DNA from: an uncultured bacterium
GTDB taxonomy: Bacteria; Patescibacteriota; Minisyncoccia; UBA6257; 2-01-FULL-56-20
Direction: 5' to 3'
Length of the DNA stretch: 64,000 nucleotides
Assembly (NCBI GenBank): GCA_963718515.1
Contig: OY970354.1
Location: 694,808 to 758,807 of the forward strand
In this document: piece by piece, positions 41,114 to 51,478 of the stretch
How positions within the stretch are numbered: position 1 is the stretch's first letter
Layout: every line of letters begins with the position of its first letter
The notes under the pieces: generated by a model
What the model was told of the DNA's origin: nothing
What the model saw: only the letters and a program-made list of their open reading frames with translations
The model's database searches: none
Position numbers and translations under genes: made by a program

Positions 41114-41181
41114 GGGGGTAGTATAGCAAATACGGGAAAACCCCGGTTGTCCCGGGGTTTTCCTGCGACGCGCGTGAATCT

Positions 41182-41541
41182 TTATGCGCGGTGCAATTTT
41201 TTAAACGTCATAATGAGGTACCAGACGATGACCGCCTCTACCACCACAATAACCAAGCTTACGAAGTTGATGCGCCCCGAAGCGATGAACAACAGGAAGT
41301 CAATGACGAGCACTATGATCTTTGCCCAAAAGATCCCGCCCACCGTATCGCGGGCCAGGGTCGTCACCCGAAGGCCTGCGTACGATACCGCCGCGCCGAG
41401 GATAAGGCCGAGCGCGGCGAGCACTCCCTGAACGCTTGCTATCGGATAGACGCTCAACGTCCATAGCGTAGAAAGGCTCAAGATTCCCACCACGACCGCC
41501 CACATCTTTATCGAACCGACAATTTTCTGATCCATATGCAT
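41182..41541 (-). CDS. Hypothetical membrane protein (4 TM)
   Basis: Hydrophobic ORF with no family motif. Confidence 0.45.
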   Translation of the reverse strand: MHMDQKIVGSIKMWAVVVGILSLSTLWTLSVYPIASVQGVLAALGLILGAAVSYAGLRVTTLARDTVGGIFWAKIIVLVIDFLLFIASGRINFVSLVIVVVEAVIVWYLIMTFKKLHRA

Positions 41542-41617
41542 ATAGGAGATAAACGACCTTTATTAAAATAGTATACAACAAAAACGGCCACATCCTTGTG
41601 GATGCGGCCGCAGATCA

Positions 41618-42283
41618 TTATTTGATCTTTCCCTGCCATGGAATCACATAGCCTGTTCTTGCCAGCCGGGATTTTCCATAGCGACGCTTGTTCATGTATA
41701 TGGTCACTGAGGCGTTCTCGGCAACGTTGTGTTCAAATCGATCCAGCGCCGCCTCAATCGAAAAATGTTCAACAACGCGTTGAAAAAGAACGAGCCAGCG
41801 GCCATGCACGACAGCGAGCACCGATTGTCCTTCGTGATCCCGGTTGAGGGTGCTGAGAAAACTGTAAATACTCAGCTCCACATCCGGCCCGTTTTGGCCG
41901 CCCCACGGACGATAGTGGTAAAGACCTTCTTTTTCTCTCCGCGCGAACTCCTCGGGGTAACATTCCCGCACTTGTTTCTCGGTCATCGTATGCCACAGGC
42001 CTCGCTGGGCTTCGGCGAGCCGCGAGTCTTCGTATGTCTTAAGACCCGGACACATGATGTGCATTGTTTCCGCAGAACGCCGGTAGTACGAAACGTAGCG
42101 GACATCGAACTTCCCGTATTGCATATTCAGCCATGCGCCGGTGATCTTCGCCTGCGCGCGGCCCCGTTCGGTCAGCTTATACCGGTGTGTCGCGACGTCA
42201 TACTCCGCCCGCTGATCCGCATTAAGCACATTGCCTTCCGATTCCGCGTGGCGCACCAAAGCCAATATCTTCGGCCATCCCAT
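41618..42283 (-). CDS. Histidine phosphatase (phosphoglycerate mutase-like) family protein
   Basis: LVRHAESEGN carries the RHG motif. A downstream VVHG motif is also present. Confidence 0.75.
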   Translation of the reverse strand: MGWPKILALVRHAESEGNVLNADQRAEYDVATHRYKLTERGRAQAKITGAWLNMQYGKFDVRYVSYYRRSAETMHIMCPGLKTYEDSRLAEAQRGLWHTMTEKQVRECYPEEFARREKEGLYHYRPWGGQNGPDVELSIYSFLSTLNRDHEGQSVLAVVHGRWLVLFQRVVEHFSIEAALDRFEHNVAENASVTIYMNKRRYGKSRLARTGYVIPWQGKIK

Positions 42284-42378
42284 CGTTGCCTCCTGGTATT
42301 GAAAGATTTCTATCGACAGTGTCCTATAAAAAGACGCGGAAAGTCAATAGAAAATCCCGCCAGGCGAACCGGCGGACT

Positions 42379-43287
42379 TCACCGCGCGGCGATCTCCGCT
42401 TCAAGTTGTGCAACGATCGCAACGAGCGCCGCGATCCTCGATTGGAGCTCGGCAACCTCTGCAGCGTTATCATCCGCGGGGGCTGAGCCAACCGTTGTAG
42501 TGCTGATGATTGTGCTAGTCGATGCCGCCGCTGTTGCGAGAAGCGCCGCGCGCGTTGCCGCATTCAAAAGACCGTAGCCGGTCGTCGCCTCCTCGCCGGA
42601 ACACGCTATCCCCTGCGCGCACTGGAACTTTTTGAGCGCAGTGTATGTGAGCGCGCCGAACTTCGTCGTCTCGTTGCCGGGCGAACCCGGGCCCGACGTT
42701 GCTAAAATAAATCCGGCGGCGTTCAGCATCTGTTGAAGTATGAGTACCTGGGGATCGATGGATCCAAGTGAAAGATCAAGTGTAAGTGCAGGAGGCGCAC
42801 TGGCTGTGGCTACGTCTCCCGTCGTCGTCGCGAGGGTCGAAGTGGTGGTCGCGACGCCCGGGGCAGTCGTCGTTGCGAGCGCGCTCTGCCAGCACCCAAA
42901 CGATGATATCCACGGCTCCGTTCCCTCGGCGCCGTACAGATAGCGCGCGTAACCAAGATTGCCGGCCAGCGTATCTATATCAAAGCCAAGTGCCAGGGCC
43001 TTCGCATAATGGATGGTTTCATCAAGTTGAAAAACACCGACCATTGTGCCCGTCCCGCCAAGAAGTGGCGTCCCGTTGTTTTCGAATTGCCGTGGTCCAG
43101 ATTCGCACTTGGCGATCGCGATCATAATGGGAATATCAGAAAAGTACGATTGCACCGCTGCGGCTACGCCGGCATTCGGATCGGTGGTGATGGTCGTTGC
43201 CAAAGTGTCAGCAAATACATTGCTCGTCAAAAACACCGATACCGCCGCGAGGGCGATGACCACAAAGACTGTTCTCAAGCTACGCAT
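42379..43287 (-). CDS. Secreted peptidoglycan-binding protein with transglycosylase-like N-domain
   Basis: A signal peptide is followed by IAKCESGPRQ...VGVFQLDETIH and a PG_binding_1-like LILQQMLNAAGF...GNETTKFGALTYTALKKFQ. Confidence 0.6.
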   Translation of the reverse strand: MRSLRTVFVVIALAAVSVFLTSNVFADTLATTITTDPNAGVAAAVQSYFSDIPIMIAIAKCESGPRQFENNGTPLLGGTGTMVGVFQLDETIHYAKALALGFDIDTLAGNLGYARYLYGAEGTEPWISSFGCWQSALATTTAPGVATTTSTLATTTGDVATASAPPALTLDLSLGSIDPQVLILQQMLNAAGFILATSGPGSPGNETTKFGALTYTALKKFQCAQGIACSGEEATTGYGLLNAATRAALLATAAASTSTIISTTTVGSAPADDNAAEVAELQSRIAALVAIVAQLEAEIAAR

Positions 43288-43353
43288 CTCTTTAGTGTAG
43301 CAGATTAAAAACGGGCATCCACTCCTGGATGCCCGTCGTCACCGATCAATCGG

Positions 43354-43629
43354 TCATTCGATCACCGGGCTGAAGTACAAAGTACCGATCTTTCTGTACA
43401 ACTGAAGAAATACTTGCTGGGTAAAATCCTCCACGTACTCAGGCCTTCCCAACATCCAGTAGGAGATACTCGACACCTTCCTCTTGTGCCGCCGGTAAAG
43501 CTCTTCAAAGATCCCCCCGTCTTTGTCCCCCATTGCTTGATACAACGCCACGAGGTCGTTGTCGCTCGCAACATGATCGGTGGAAGCCAAACCATTTCTC
43601 TCGTCCATGACTCGCCTCTTTCGCCGCAA
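43354..43629 (-). CDS. Sigma-70 region-2-like fragment (truncated sigma factor?)
   Basis: FEELYRRHKRKVSSISYWMLGRPEYVEDFTQQVFLQLYRKI resembles sigma region 2. No regions 3/4 follow. Confidence 0.35.
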   Translation of the reverse strand: MRRKRRVMDERNGLASTDHVASDNDLVALYQAMGDKDGGIFEELYRRHKRKVSSISYWMLGRPEYVEDFTQQVFLQLYRKIGTLYFSPVIE

Positions 43630-43728
43630 AAACGTGATGCAAATATCTGACCATATTATAGTAATATACGATCATTTTGGCAATGGTTCGGGCTGGCACT
43701 TCACCGACCGATGATATAAAGTAAATAC

Positions 43729-44256
43729 ATGAACCTCGCCCCGTTTAATGATTTTTTAATCGCATGCGTCGGCGCCTCGGCGTCGTTCATCGGACTCCTG
43801 TTTGTTGCGCTCTCGCTTGTTTTGGCGCGGGACGATGATGCCGGCGTCGGCTCGCTCGAATTCACCGACCGGCGTTTGGCGGAAAGCGCGTTCACCGCAC
43901 TGGCGAACATATTTTTTGTTTCGCTCGTCGCGCTCATGCCGAACACGAATATCGGAGATGCGGCCGTCGTCATGGCATTGATCGGCTTACGCAATTCATG
44001 GGGGCTTTTTTCGCGGGCACGAGAGATCCATAAAACCCAAGGCGCATCGTATCTCAAATGGGATATGCTTTGGATCATCGTATCGGCGTTTGTCTATGTC
44101 TTTGAGGGTGTCTATGCCATCCTCCTCATCATTCACCCAAACAGCATGACCGACCTCGACGTCATGACCTCCATTATCATCACGCTTTTCGCCGCCGCGC
44201 TCGTGCGCTCATGGCAGTTGACGGGCATACGGTCGTCGACCCCGAAGAAAGTATAA
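43729..44256 (+). CDS. Hypothetical membrane protein (5 TM)
   Basis: Hydrophobic ORF; the antisense ORF 43701..44078 is judged a shadow. Confidence 0.5.
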   Translation: MNLAPFNDFLIACVGASASFIGLLFVALSLVLARDDDAGVGSLEFTDRRLAESAFTALANIFFVSLVALMPNTNIGDAAVVMALIGLRNSWGLFSRAREIHKTQGASYLKWDMLWIIVSAFVYVFEGVYAILLIIHPNSMTDLDVMTSIIITLFAAALVRSWQLTGIRSSTPKKV

Positions 44257-44321
44257 AAAATAAAATAGCCCCGCCGCTATCGGGAAGCCATTTTATTTAT
44301 CTTACTAAAGCAGCTATCTCT

Positions 44322-44837
44322 TTACGGAGCCACTTCGGTAAAGCCATTAACGGCCTCTCCGTTTGTATCTCCCGGCTTCGTATCCTGCGCAAAGAAGTAG
44401 AGCGGCAAACCCCGATACGTGACCTGGAGCGAACCATCCGCCCGCTTAATGGTCCCTATCTGACCAGTGATGCCCGGATCCGCGGTGAGCGAAGTAGCGC
44501 TTGTGGCAGAAACAATATACGGTGGCCATGCGACCGCGCACGCACCCGTACAATTGCTGACGTTAATAGCATCCTTGGTGGATTGATATAAGGTCATTCC
44601 ATTTGAAGCGCTTAAATAGGCTCCGAAAATCCCGCCGCCCGAATTGTTCAGAGTAAGCGTACTGACAGACGCTGTTTGCGATCCTGTCGTGCCCGTTGAG
44701 GGAGTCGACGCCGTGGTCGATGTGGGCGTCTGCGTTGTCGCCGCCGGGGATTGAGATGAGGACATTAACAACCACCAGAAGTAGCCGGCGATGATAACTA
44801 TGATCACTACCAACCAAACAATAGAAGTTTTTTTCAT
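44322..44837 (-). CDS. Secreted lipoprotein-like protein with Y-x-(F/W/Y)-x-x-D repeats (COG4315-like)
   Basis: MTLYQSTKD...CTGACAVAWPP...DGSLQVTYRGLPLYFFAQDTKPGDTNGE. Confidence 0.65.
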   Translation of the reverse strand: MKKTSIVWLVVIIVIIAGYFWWLLMSSSQSPAATTQTPTSTTASTPSTGTTGSQTASVSTLTLNNSGGGIFGAYLSASNGMTLYQSTKDAINVSNCTGACAVAWPPYIVSATSATSLTADPGITGQIGTIKRADGSLQVTYRGLPLYFFAQDTKPGDTNGEAVNGFTEVAP

Positions 44838-44882
44838 GATGTAATTTTTATTTTATAAACTAGGTTCGACCACTCCCTAGCA

Positions 44883-46103
44883 TCAACGCAATAACTCTTT
44901 GATCCCGACACGACGACCGTATTCCATCGAGCCGTAACGGAACGCCCGCACGGCGAACCACACGGCAACGATCGCGCCCGCGATGATCGCCGCAAGTGAC
45001 CCGAGCGCCTCCCCCGTCGAAAAACTGCCGACCGCGTTGCGGAGCAGCGCGGTCGTCGGCGCCGTCAACGGAAAGTATGTGAAGATGGTGACGATCAAGG
45101 TGTGCGGCGAACTGATCACGCTATCGATCGCATAGATGGGAAGAAAAGCTGAAACGATGGCGACTCCAAGAAAACGGCTCGCTTCGGTGGCGCTCGGAAA
45201 CATTGCGCCAAAGCCGACGAGGAGCGAAGTGAACATGAGCAGGCCGGTCACAAAGTACAGCGCAGCAAAGGTGATGGCGATGGGATCAAGTGGAATACTG
45301 CTGAGGGTTATCCCGTATGGCAGTGCGACCTGAACTGGAAAAAGTAGATGCGCCACAAGAAGCGGCACGGCAATCGTCACAAGTTGCACCATACCCAAAA
45401 TAAATATGGATATGATCTTGCCGGCGATGAGCATTTCCGCATTTACGGAAGTCAGGAGCATTTCTGCGGTCCTGTTCTCTTTTTCTCCAGCGGTGCTCGA
45501 TATCATAAATGATGCGAGGAGCGCATACAGTATCAAAAATGCCAGTGCAAATATTCCAGGAGCGACGACGCTCGCAAATCCCCCGGTCTCCACGCCATTC
45601 TTATAGGTCGTCGCGGCAACGGATGGAGCATTTTCGAGAATCTGGGCGGCCTGGCTGTTCTTTGTTATCGCGCCCACACTATTGATCACGCTTTGCTGGA
45701 GCAATTGACTCGCGGCAGTGTTATAGGGCGGCGAAAAACTAATGCCCTTGTCTTGCGCATAAACCTGAATGCCCATCATGCTCGGATTCTTTGGATAGTA
45801 GAAAAACGCATCGAGCGTGCCGCTTTTGACGGCCGCGATGCCGACGGATTCGCTCGGCTCGGCAATGATATGCTGTGCCGTAATCAACTGCTGGCTTATC
45901 AAACCCGAGTCATCGAACTCCCCGATCTTGGCGGTCGCGGAAAACGACTGCGCCTGTTGCGCGGCATTGCTCGCGGCACTTTTCGCGGAAAGAAATTCGA
46001 GGCTGATCACGATAAGAATAAGGACCAGTGGCGCAATGGAAGCGATCCAAAAAGTTTTCTTTTTGAGCGCCCGGAATACTTCAAAATGAATGATGTTCCC
46101 CAT
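44883..46103 (-). CDS. ABC-2 type transporter permease
   Basis: An N-terminal TM helix, a large extracytoplasmic loop and 5 C-terminal TM helices. The gene lies immediately downstream of the ATPase gene. Confidence 0.7.
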   Translation of the reverse strand: MGNIIHFEVFRALKKKTFWIASIAPLVLILIVISLEFLSAKSAASNAAQQAQSFSATAKIGEFDDSGLISQQLITAQHIIAEPSESVGIAAVKSGTLDAFFYYPKNPSMMGIQVYAQDKGISFSPPYNTAASQLLQQSVINSVGAITKNSQAAQILENAPSVAATTYKNGVETGGFASVVAPGIFALAFLILYALLASFMISSTAGEKENRTAEMLLTSVNAEMLIAGKIISIFILGMVQLVTIAVPLLVAHLLFPVQVALPYGITLSSIPLDPIAITFAALYFVTGLLMFTSLLVGFGAMFPSATEASRFLGVAIVSAFLPIYAIDSVISSPHTLIVTIFTYFPLTAPTTALLRNAVGSFSTGEALGSLAAIIAGAIVAVWFAVRAFRYGSMEYGRRVGIKELLR

Positions 46104-46104
46104 G

Positions 46105-47013
46105 TTATTTATAGAGCGTTAAGAAAATTTCATTCAGTGTCGGGCGGCGGACGTCGAACGTCGTCATATGAAGATCAGGAGCGGCGGCCAAAAAGCGCAG
46201 TACTTCGTCCGCCGTCACACCCTCCCGCCACGCGAGTTCCGCGTAGTGCGGCAATTGCTTCGTGATCGCATACAGCTTGTCGTTCAACGGCAATGTTCCG
46301 GTATATGCGAGCGCTATCACCGTAGTGCCGAACTTATTTTTTACCTCGTCAATCGTTCCGTATAAAGCGCGCGTGCCATCTTTAAGTAGCACGATGCGAT
46401 CGCACAGCTGCTCCACCTCTTCCATGCGGTGAGTGACGAGAATAACAGTGGCTCCGTTCATGCGCTGTTCATTGATAATACTCATGAGCAGATCCCGGTT
46501 GACGGGGTCGAGCGCTTCCGTCGGCTCGTCAAGGATCATAAGCGACGGCTCGTGGAGTATCGTCACGCCGAGCTGGATCTTTTGCTGTTGACCGTTCGAA
46601 AGGCCGATAAGCCGCTCATGCGCCTTATCGCCAAGGCCCACGCGCTCCAAATATGCCAGGACCCGTTTTTTCGCATCGTTCCTGCTCAAGCCATGCATGA
46701 CGGCAAAATATACCATCGTGTCGAGCACCGGTTCATTGCGATATAATCCCCGCTCTTCCGGCAAGTATCCCACCACGGGCGCCATCGCAGGAGTATAGCG
46801 CTTGCCGTTCACAAGCAATGTGCCGCTCGTCGGTTCAAGCAAAGAAAGCAACGTGCGAATGGTCGTCGTCTTCCCCGCGCCGTTCGAGCCGAGCAATCCA
46901 AAAACCTCGCCTTGGCTTACGGTGAAGGATAGGTCTTTCACGACTTCCTTGTCGCCAAAGCGCATCGCGAACGATTGGATATCTACTGTTGGAACAGATG
47001 ATTGATTGGACAT
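46105..47013 (-). CDS. ABC transporter ATP-binding protein
   Basis: GLLGSNGAGKTT (Walker A), LSNGQQQKIQL (signature) and LMILDEPTEALD (Walker B). Confidence 0.9.
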   Translation of the reverse strand: MSNQSSVPTVDIQSFAMRFGDKEVVKDLSFTVSQGEVFGLLGSNGAGKTTTIRTLLSLLEPTSGTLLVNGKRYTPAMAPVVGYLPEERGLYRNEPVLDTMVYFAVMHGLSRNDAKKRVLAYLERVGLGDKAHERLIGLSNGQQQKIQLGVTILHEPSLMILDEPTEALDPVNRDLLMSIINEQRMNGATVILVTHRMEEVEQLCDRIVLLKDGTRALYGTIDEVKNKFGTTVIALAYTGTLPLNDKLYAITKQLPHYAELAWREGVTADEVLRFLAAAPDLHMTTFDVRRPTLNEIFLTLYK

Positions 47014-47031
47014 TCAGTGATGTCGTTCCGA

Positions 47032-47571
47032 TCAGAACGCCTGCAATGGATTGCCTGCTATGATGGTTTGCACTTCCTGCCATCCCTGGGGATAGGCGTA
47101 GTTGTATCGCGCAGGGAGCGCGAACACATATTGCGCGTTTTGTCCGAGTTCGCTCGGCGGGATCGGAGCCGCGCTTACCGCCATCGTGCCCGCGTTCACC
47201 GCGCTCCACTCGCTAGGAGTGAACACCATGATGGGGATATCCTGCGTCGGCGTGCTCGATGTCCATAGAGGATTTCTGATGGAAATGATCGGGCCGGTCA
47301 CTTGAGGACAACCGGCGGCCGGACACCCTTCATCTCCAGTTCCACTCCACGTCGACGTCACGATCGTGTATCCCTGCCAATCTGCAGGGAGCGTAACAGT
47401 GAAGCCGTACTCGTTATTGGTATATGACACGGTAGAAGACGCGGCCGGTGGCGGAGTTTGGGTGACAGGAGGAGTCGTCGACGTGCCACTCTGAACCTCG
47501 TAGTACCAAATTCCTCCCACGATTATGAGAATCGACAGAATGAGAATTGTTATGGTCGTTTTTTTAGTCAT
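47032..47571 (-). CDS. Secreted hypothetical protein
   Basis: N-terminal TM/signal anchor followed by a Thr/Pro linker. It probably forms an operon with the ABC genes. Confidence 0.5.
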   Translation of the reverse strand: MTKKTTITILILSILIIVGGIWYYEVQSGTSTTPPVTQTPPPAASSTVSYTNNEYGFTVTLPADWQGYTIVTSTWSGTGDEGCPAAGCPQVTGPIISIRNPLWTSSTPTQDIPIMVFTPSEWSAVNAGTMAVSAAPIPPSELGQNAQYVFALPARYNYAYPQGWQEVQTIIAGNPLQAF

Positions 47572-47710
47572 GGTTGTCGTTGCTAAAGTATAGCAGGAAA
47601 TCCCCTGCTTAGAAACGCTATCATGTAGATGTAATAATTTTCCGCATCGAGTCGTAAGAAGTTATGCGGGGGTCGAGATAAATATAATATAAAAATAACC
47701 TTATGAAAAA

Positions 47711-48583
47711 ATGATGAAGAAAATAACATTTGCCATAACGATAATAATGATGGGGGCGTTGGCGGGACCTCTCGTCTTCGGTGGATTCGGGCATGCAAAC
47801 GCACAGTCAACTCCCGTGATCCAGATCACGCCGCAAACTCTGGAAAATGGTGCCGTGAACGCGGGATATATGCAGGTACTTAATACATCCTCGACGGAAA
47901 CAAACGGACCGTTCTCTTGGAATGTTTTATCGGGCTCTCTGCCGCCGGGATTAATGCTCCAAGCAACCTCAAGCGGTGAAGCGGCGACGATCTCCGGAAC
48001 CCCAACCCAGGTGGGTGCTTATACCTTCACCATAGATGCAACAAATGCAGTTGCGGCGGGAAGTCAACTTTTTAGCGTTGACATCGAAGGGATCGGGGGC
48101 ACGACCTCAACTGCGCCGACCGCGCCGACCGCGGACACGATAACGATAGCTACCTCCACGGCGACAGTCTCAACTATTGCTTCCACTTCTTCGCTCGCAG
48201 TAGAGCTACAAGACGCGGAAGTGGAGTTGACCGACCTCCAAGAAGAGCTGATACAGGAATATGGCATAAATCCTGGCGGCCCTATGATCCCCGCCCCTGC
48301 CCCGACCCCGGCACCCACGGCCGGTCCGGTGTTTTCCCGCGATCTTACCATTGGGAGCACGGGAGCTGATGTCCTCGCATTGCAACAATTCTTAAATCAA
48401 AACGGATATCCAGTGGCTGCAAGCGGGCCGGGTTCAAGCGGCAATGAAACCGATTACTTTGGACCACTCACGCAAGCGGCGCTCGCGAGCTGGCAAGCCG
48501 CAAACGGAGTTTCTCCAGCGCAAGGATACTACGGCCCAATAACGCGGGCGAAGATGAACCTCACCGCCTCGTCAGGTTCATAA
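47711..48583 (+). CDS. Secreted protein with putative Ig-like domain and C-terminal peptidoglycan-binding domain
   Basis: A signal peptide is followed by GSLPPGLMLQ...ISGTPTQVGAYTFTIDATN and VLALQQFLNQNGY...GNETDYFGPLTQAALASWQ. Confidence 0.6.
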   Translation: MMKKITFAITIIMMGALAGPLVFGGFGHANAQSTPVIQITPQTLENGAVNAGYMQVLNTSSTETNGPFSWNVLSGSLPPGLMLQATSSGEAATISGTPTQVGAYTFTIDATNAVAAGSQLFSVDIEGIGGTTSTAPTAPTADTITIATSTATVSTIASTSSLAVELQDAEVELTDLQEELIQEYGINPGGPMIPAPAPTPAPTAGPVFSRDLTIGSTGADVLALQQFLNQNGYPVAASGPGSSGNETDYFGPLTQAALASWQAANGVSPAQGYYGPITRAKMNLTASSGS

Positions 48584-48829
48584 TTACGAGTCTGTCTTTC
48601 GCGCTTTCACGCTCGGCCTTTCGTTTATTTAAAAGCGAACGCCAGCAACACAATGGTCAACGCGTTAAGGATAACCAATAATAGTGCTTCTCCTAGTCTT
48701 GACGGAAGTGGATGCCATAAAATGTATACCGTATAGATTATGGCCACAATTGCCGCGCCAATAAAATTCCCTCGTACCATGTTCTTTGTGGGGTCAATAA
48801 GTTGATCGGCCTTTGTACTTTGATGATAT

Positions 48830-49138
48830 CTACTTTTTAGTTTTCTTCTTTCCGAGCACCCACTTCTGCGAAGAGCTTAACGCTTTATCTTTTCGGTGAG
48901 TGCACCCTATCCAACAACAAGGGCGACGCATCCCGTCTTTCAATTCCGAGCGTACCCGATCAATGTGCTCTTGCCGCTTTTCCGGTGATTTGACGGAGAT
49001 GGTCCAGCATATCCATTCGTTGCGGGCAAGTGGCGTGATATCCTCCCACAGCACAAGCGCCTTGGGGTCGGAAGCGAGAGCTTTTTTTAGATCGGCTGGC
49101 ATGGGGTGCGCCCCGCCGCCGGAAATTTTCTTGTTCAT
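48830..49138 (-). CDS. YdeI/OmpD-associated family protein
   Basis: PADLKKALASDPKALVLWEDITPLARNEWICWTISVKSPEKRQEHI. Confidence 0.65.
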   Translation of the reverse strand: MNKKISGGGAHPMPADLKKALASDPKALVLWEDITPLARNEWICWTISVKSPEKRQEHIDRVRSELKDGMRRPCCWIGCTHRKDKALSSSQKWVLGKKKTKK

Positions 49139-49222
49139 GCGTTAAGTGTACTAAAAATTTATTGAAAAGAAAAAGGTGCGATATAAGCAATAAAAAGCGC
49201 GCGGTATATACCGCGCGCAGAA

Positions 49223-49657
49223 CTAATCGAAGTCGCTCAAACGATCCCCTTCCGACTCTGCGAGATCTACCGGAAGCCACAAGCGGGCGCCGTACTTCAT
49301 CTGCACATAGCCTTCCTTCACCCCACTTGTGATCTCATCCAGTGAAATGGTTTCCCGGGCCATGCGGGCGAAGTTCATGCCGTACGACTTTCCCTGCAGA
49401 ACGCACATGATATACTCGACGTTGTTCTTTGCGATCGAGAGGAGCAAAGACCGCCCCGGCTCCTCGAGATACAGATCACTCTTTCGCGAATTGCAGGAAT
49501 AACACGCGAGGATGATGTTCGAAAAGGAATCGGGCCCTCCGCGGCTCACCGGGTCGATATGATCGACCTCCAGTGAAAGCTCAGGCATCTTTTTCAGACA
49601 ATACTGACATGTCTGTTTGTACACCTTTATCAACGCCTGGCGCACGCGAGCATTCAT
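49223..49657 (-). CDS. HNH endonuclease
   Basis: CQYCLKK...LEVDHIDPVSRGGPDSFSNIILACYSCNSRKSD. Confidence 0.8.
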   Translation of the reverse strand: MNARVRQALIKVYKQTCQYCLKKMPELSLEVDHIDPVSRGGPDSFSNIILACYSCNSRKSDLYLEEPGRSLLLSIAKNNVEYIMCVLQGKSYGMNFARMARETISLDEITSGVKEGYVQMKYGARLWLPVDLAESEGDRLSDFD

Positions 49658-49752
49658 TTCCCCCTCCTAAAAATCTGTGCGAACTATAATAGAAAGATAG
49701 AGCGAAGTCAATAAATACGCGACGGGAACGACCTGAGGATTGTCATTATTTT

Positions 49753-50244
49753 CTATTCCGCCGTATCCGCAGACGGGCCGTAGATCGAGGGCACCTTGCC
49801 GCCCATGGGGCGGAGATACACCGAAAGCTGTCCGCGATGGTGGATAAGGTCGAGCATGAACCCGAGCCCCATGTCGCCCTTCGTGGTTTTCCATACCTCC
49901 TTGCCGCCCATCATCATTTTCGCATCGCTCTCCCAGTCGGCATCGCTCATCGCGGTAATGGCGTCCTTCGCTCGCGCCATGCCGGCTTTGAACGCCGCAA
50001 CCATCTCGGCGGTGGAAGCGTAGCTCGGGGTTGCCGCGGGATCATATACGATCACTCCCTTCGCAAAAATATCTCCTATCTGATCCCCCTCCAAAGCGAT
50101 CTGCGATGCGCGCTCTTTTGCGGTCGCGGCCTTTGGGTCCGGCTTCCAATCCATTTTATCCGCAGGCAGGGCCTCAAGCACCTTCACGAACGCCGGCGTC
50201 TCCCCATCGATCAACTGCAACAAATATTCTTTTGCTGTTTTCAT
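49753..50244 (-). CDS. DinB family protein
   Basis: DinB-like four-helix pattern, with LIHHRGQLSVYLR at the C-terminus. Confidence 0.7.
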   Translation of the reverse strand: MKTAKEYLLQLIDGETPAFVKVLEALPADKMDWKPDPKAATAKERASQIALEGDQIGDIFAKGVIVYDPAATPSYASTAEMVAAFKAGMARAKDAITAMSDADWESDAKMMMGGKEVWKTTKGDMGLGFMLDLIHHRGQLSVYLRPMGGKVPSIYGPSADTAE

Positions 50245-50280
50245 ATTTTTATTTTTATTAACGACTATTAGTTTGTTTTT

Positions 50281-50667
50281 TTATTCGATCGGCTCCCATA
50301 ATTCCATCTTATTCCCTTCCACATCCATAATATGAAGAAATTTCCCGAAGTCATACGTCGCAATGTCGTCAACTATGGTCACGCCGTTTTCCTTGAATTT
50401 TTTTATCAGTCCTTCGAGGTTCTGCACCTGGTAATTGATCATAAAATCCTTTTTGGATGGAGAAAAATATTCATCCCCCTTTTTGAAAGGTTTCCACTGA
50501 AGAGCGCCGAAGCTCGCAGTCCCCCAGTCATTCATCTCGATTCCTAAATTCTTGGCATACCAATCTTTCGTTGCCTGCAGATCGTCCGAAAAAAAGAAAA
50601 TGCCGCCAATCCCCGTTGCCTTTGGCGCCGTGTCGGGCTTTGCACTATTTTTCTCATCGCCTGCCAT
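50281..50667 (-). CDS. VOC (glyoxalase/bleomycin resistance) family protein
   Basis: GIGGIFFFSDD...NYQVQNLEGLIKKFKENGV...DVEGNKMELWEP. Confidence 0.7.
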   Translation of the reverse strand: MAGDEKNSAKPDTAPKATGIGGIFFFSDDLQATKDWYAKNLGIEMNDWGTASFGALQWKPFKKGDEYFSPSKKDFMINYQVQNLEGLIKKFKENGVTIVDDIATYDFGKFLHIMDVEGNKMELWEPIE

Positions 50668-50764
50668 AACACCATTATAACCTTCTCCTCTAATAAGAAA
50701 AATAGCCCGGACGCTTTCGCATCCGGACTATGTGCAAGAATCCCCGCCTGATTCGAACATGGTG

Positions 50765-51391
50765 TTACCGATATGGGAACACCTTGCTATAACAAAGCAC
50801 GAGCGGGTACACGAAGAGTGATATAAATGCTCCCGTGCCGTAGAGGGATCCGGCGATATCCCAATCGAGACCGAGGACTCGAAAGAAGAACAGCCCGACG
50901 CTCACGAAGCTCGCGATGAGCATAAGCGCCATGACCTGCGGCCGCACTTCCGGCGATTCGTGCCACAGCGTCTTCACCTGCAACGATAACGCCGAAGTCG
51001 TCGGCGTGGTGAGTGCCACAAGATATACGCCGGGAACCTTATACCTTCCGGTAAGAAGATGCATGGTGTCGTTCTTGTAATAACCCATCACGACACTGCC
51101 AACCGACATCGTCACCATGAGCACTGCGAGCATCGGGAAGAGTCCTGCAGTGGTCGTGACGGTCTGTTTCACACCGGCCTTTGCGAACGAAAGAATGTCC
51201 GACCGCACAAGCCCGATGCAGATCATGACCGCAAGAAAGATAAGGAGTGGCACTACCGATCGCATCGTTGCGATCATCGTCATCGGCGCCTTGCCGTTCG
51301 CGACCATGATCGCGTTCTGCGAACGGAACAATCCCACGCCGAGCAATGCAAGTCCGGCGAACATCATTACCGCATTCAAGCTCATTTTCAC
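50765..51391 (-). CDS. Hypothetical polytopic membrane protein
   Basis: 208 aa with ~6 TM helices; no family motif. Confidence 0.5.
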   Translation of the reverse strand: MKMSLNAVMMFAGLALLGVGLFRSQNAIMVANGKAPMTMIATMRSVVPLLIFLAVMICIGLVRSDILSFAKAGVKQTVTTTAGLFPMLAVLMVTMSVGSVVMGYYKNDTMHLLTGRYKVPGVYLVALTTPTTSALSLQVKTLWHESPEVRPQVMALMLIASFVSVGLFFFRVLGLDWDIAGSLYGTGAFISLFVYPLVLCYSKVFPYR

Positions 51392-51478
51392 TCCACCCTC
51401 CCAGAATTGAGAACCGTGGAAATTATAATGTTATATTTAATGAACCGTCAAAATTGCTCGGGATCCGAGTAAAATCAG

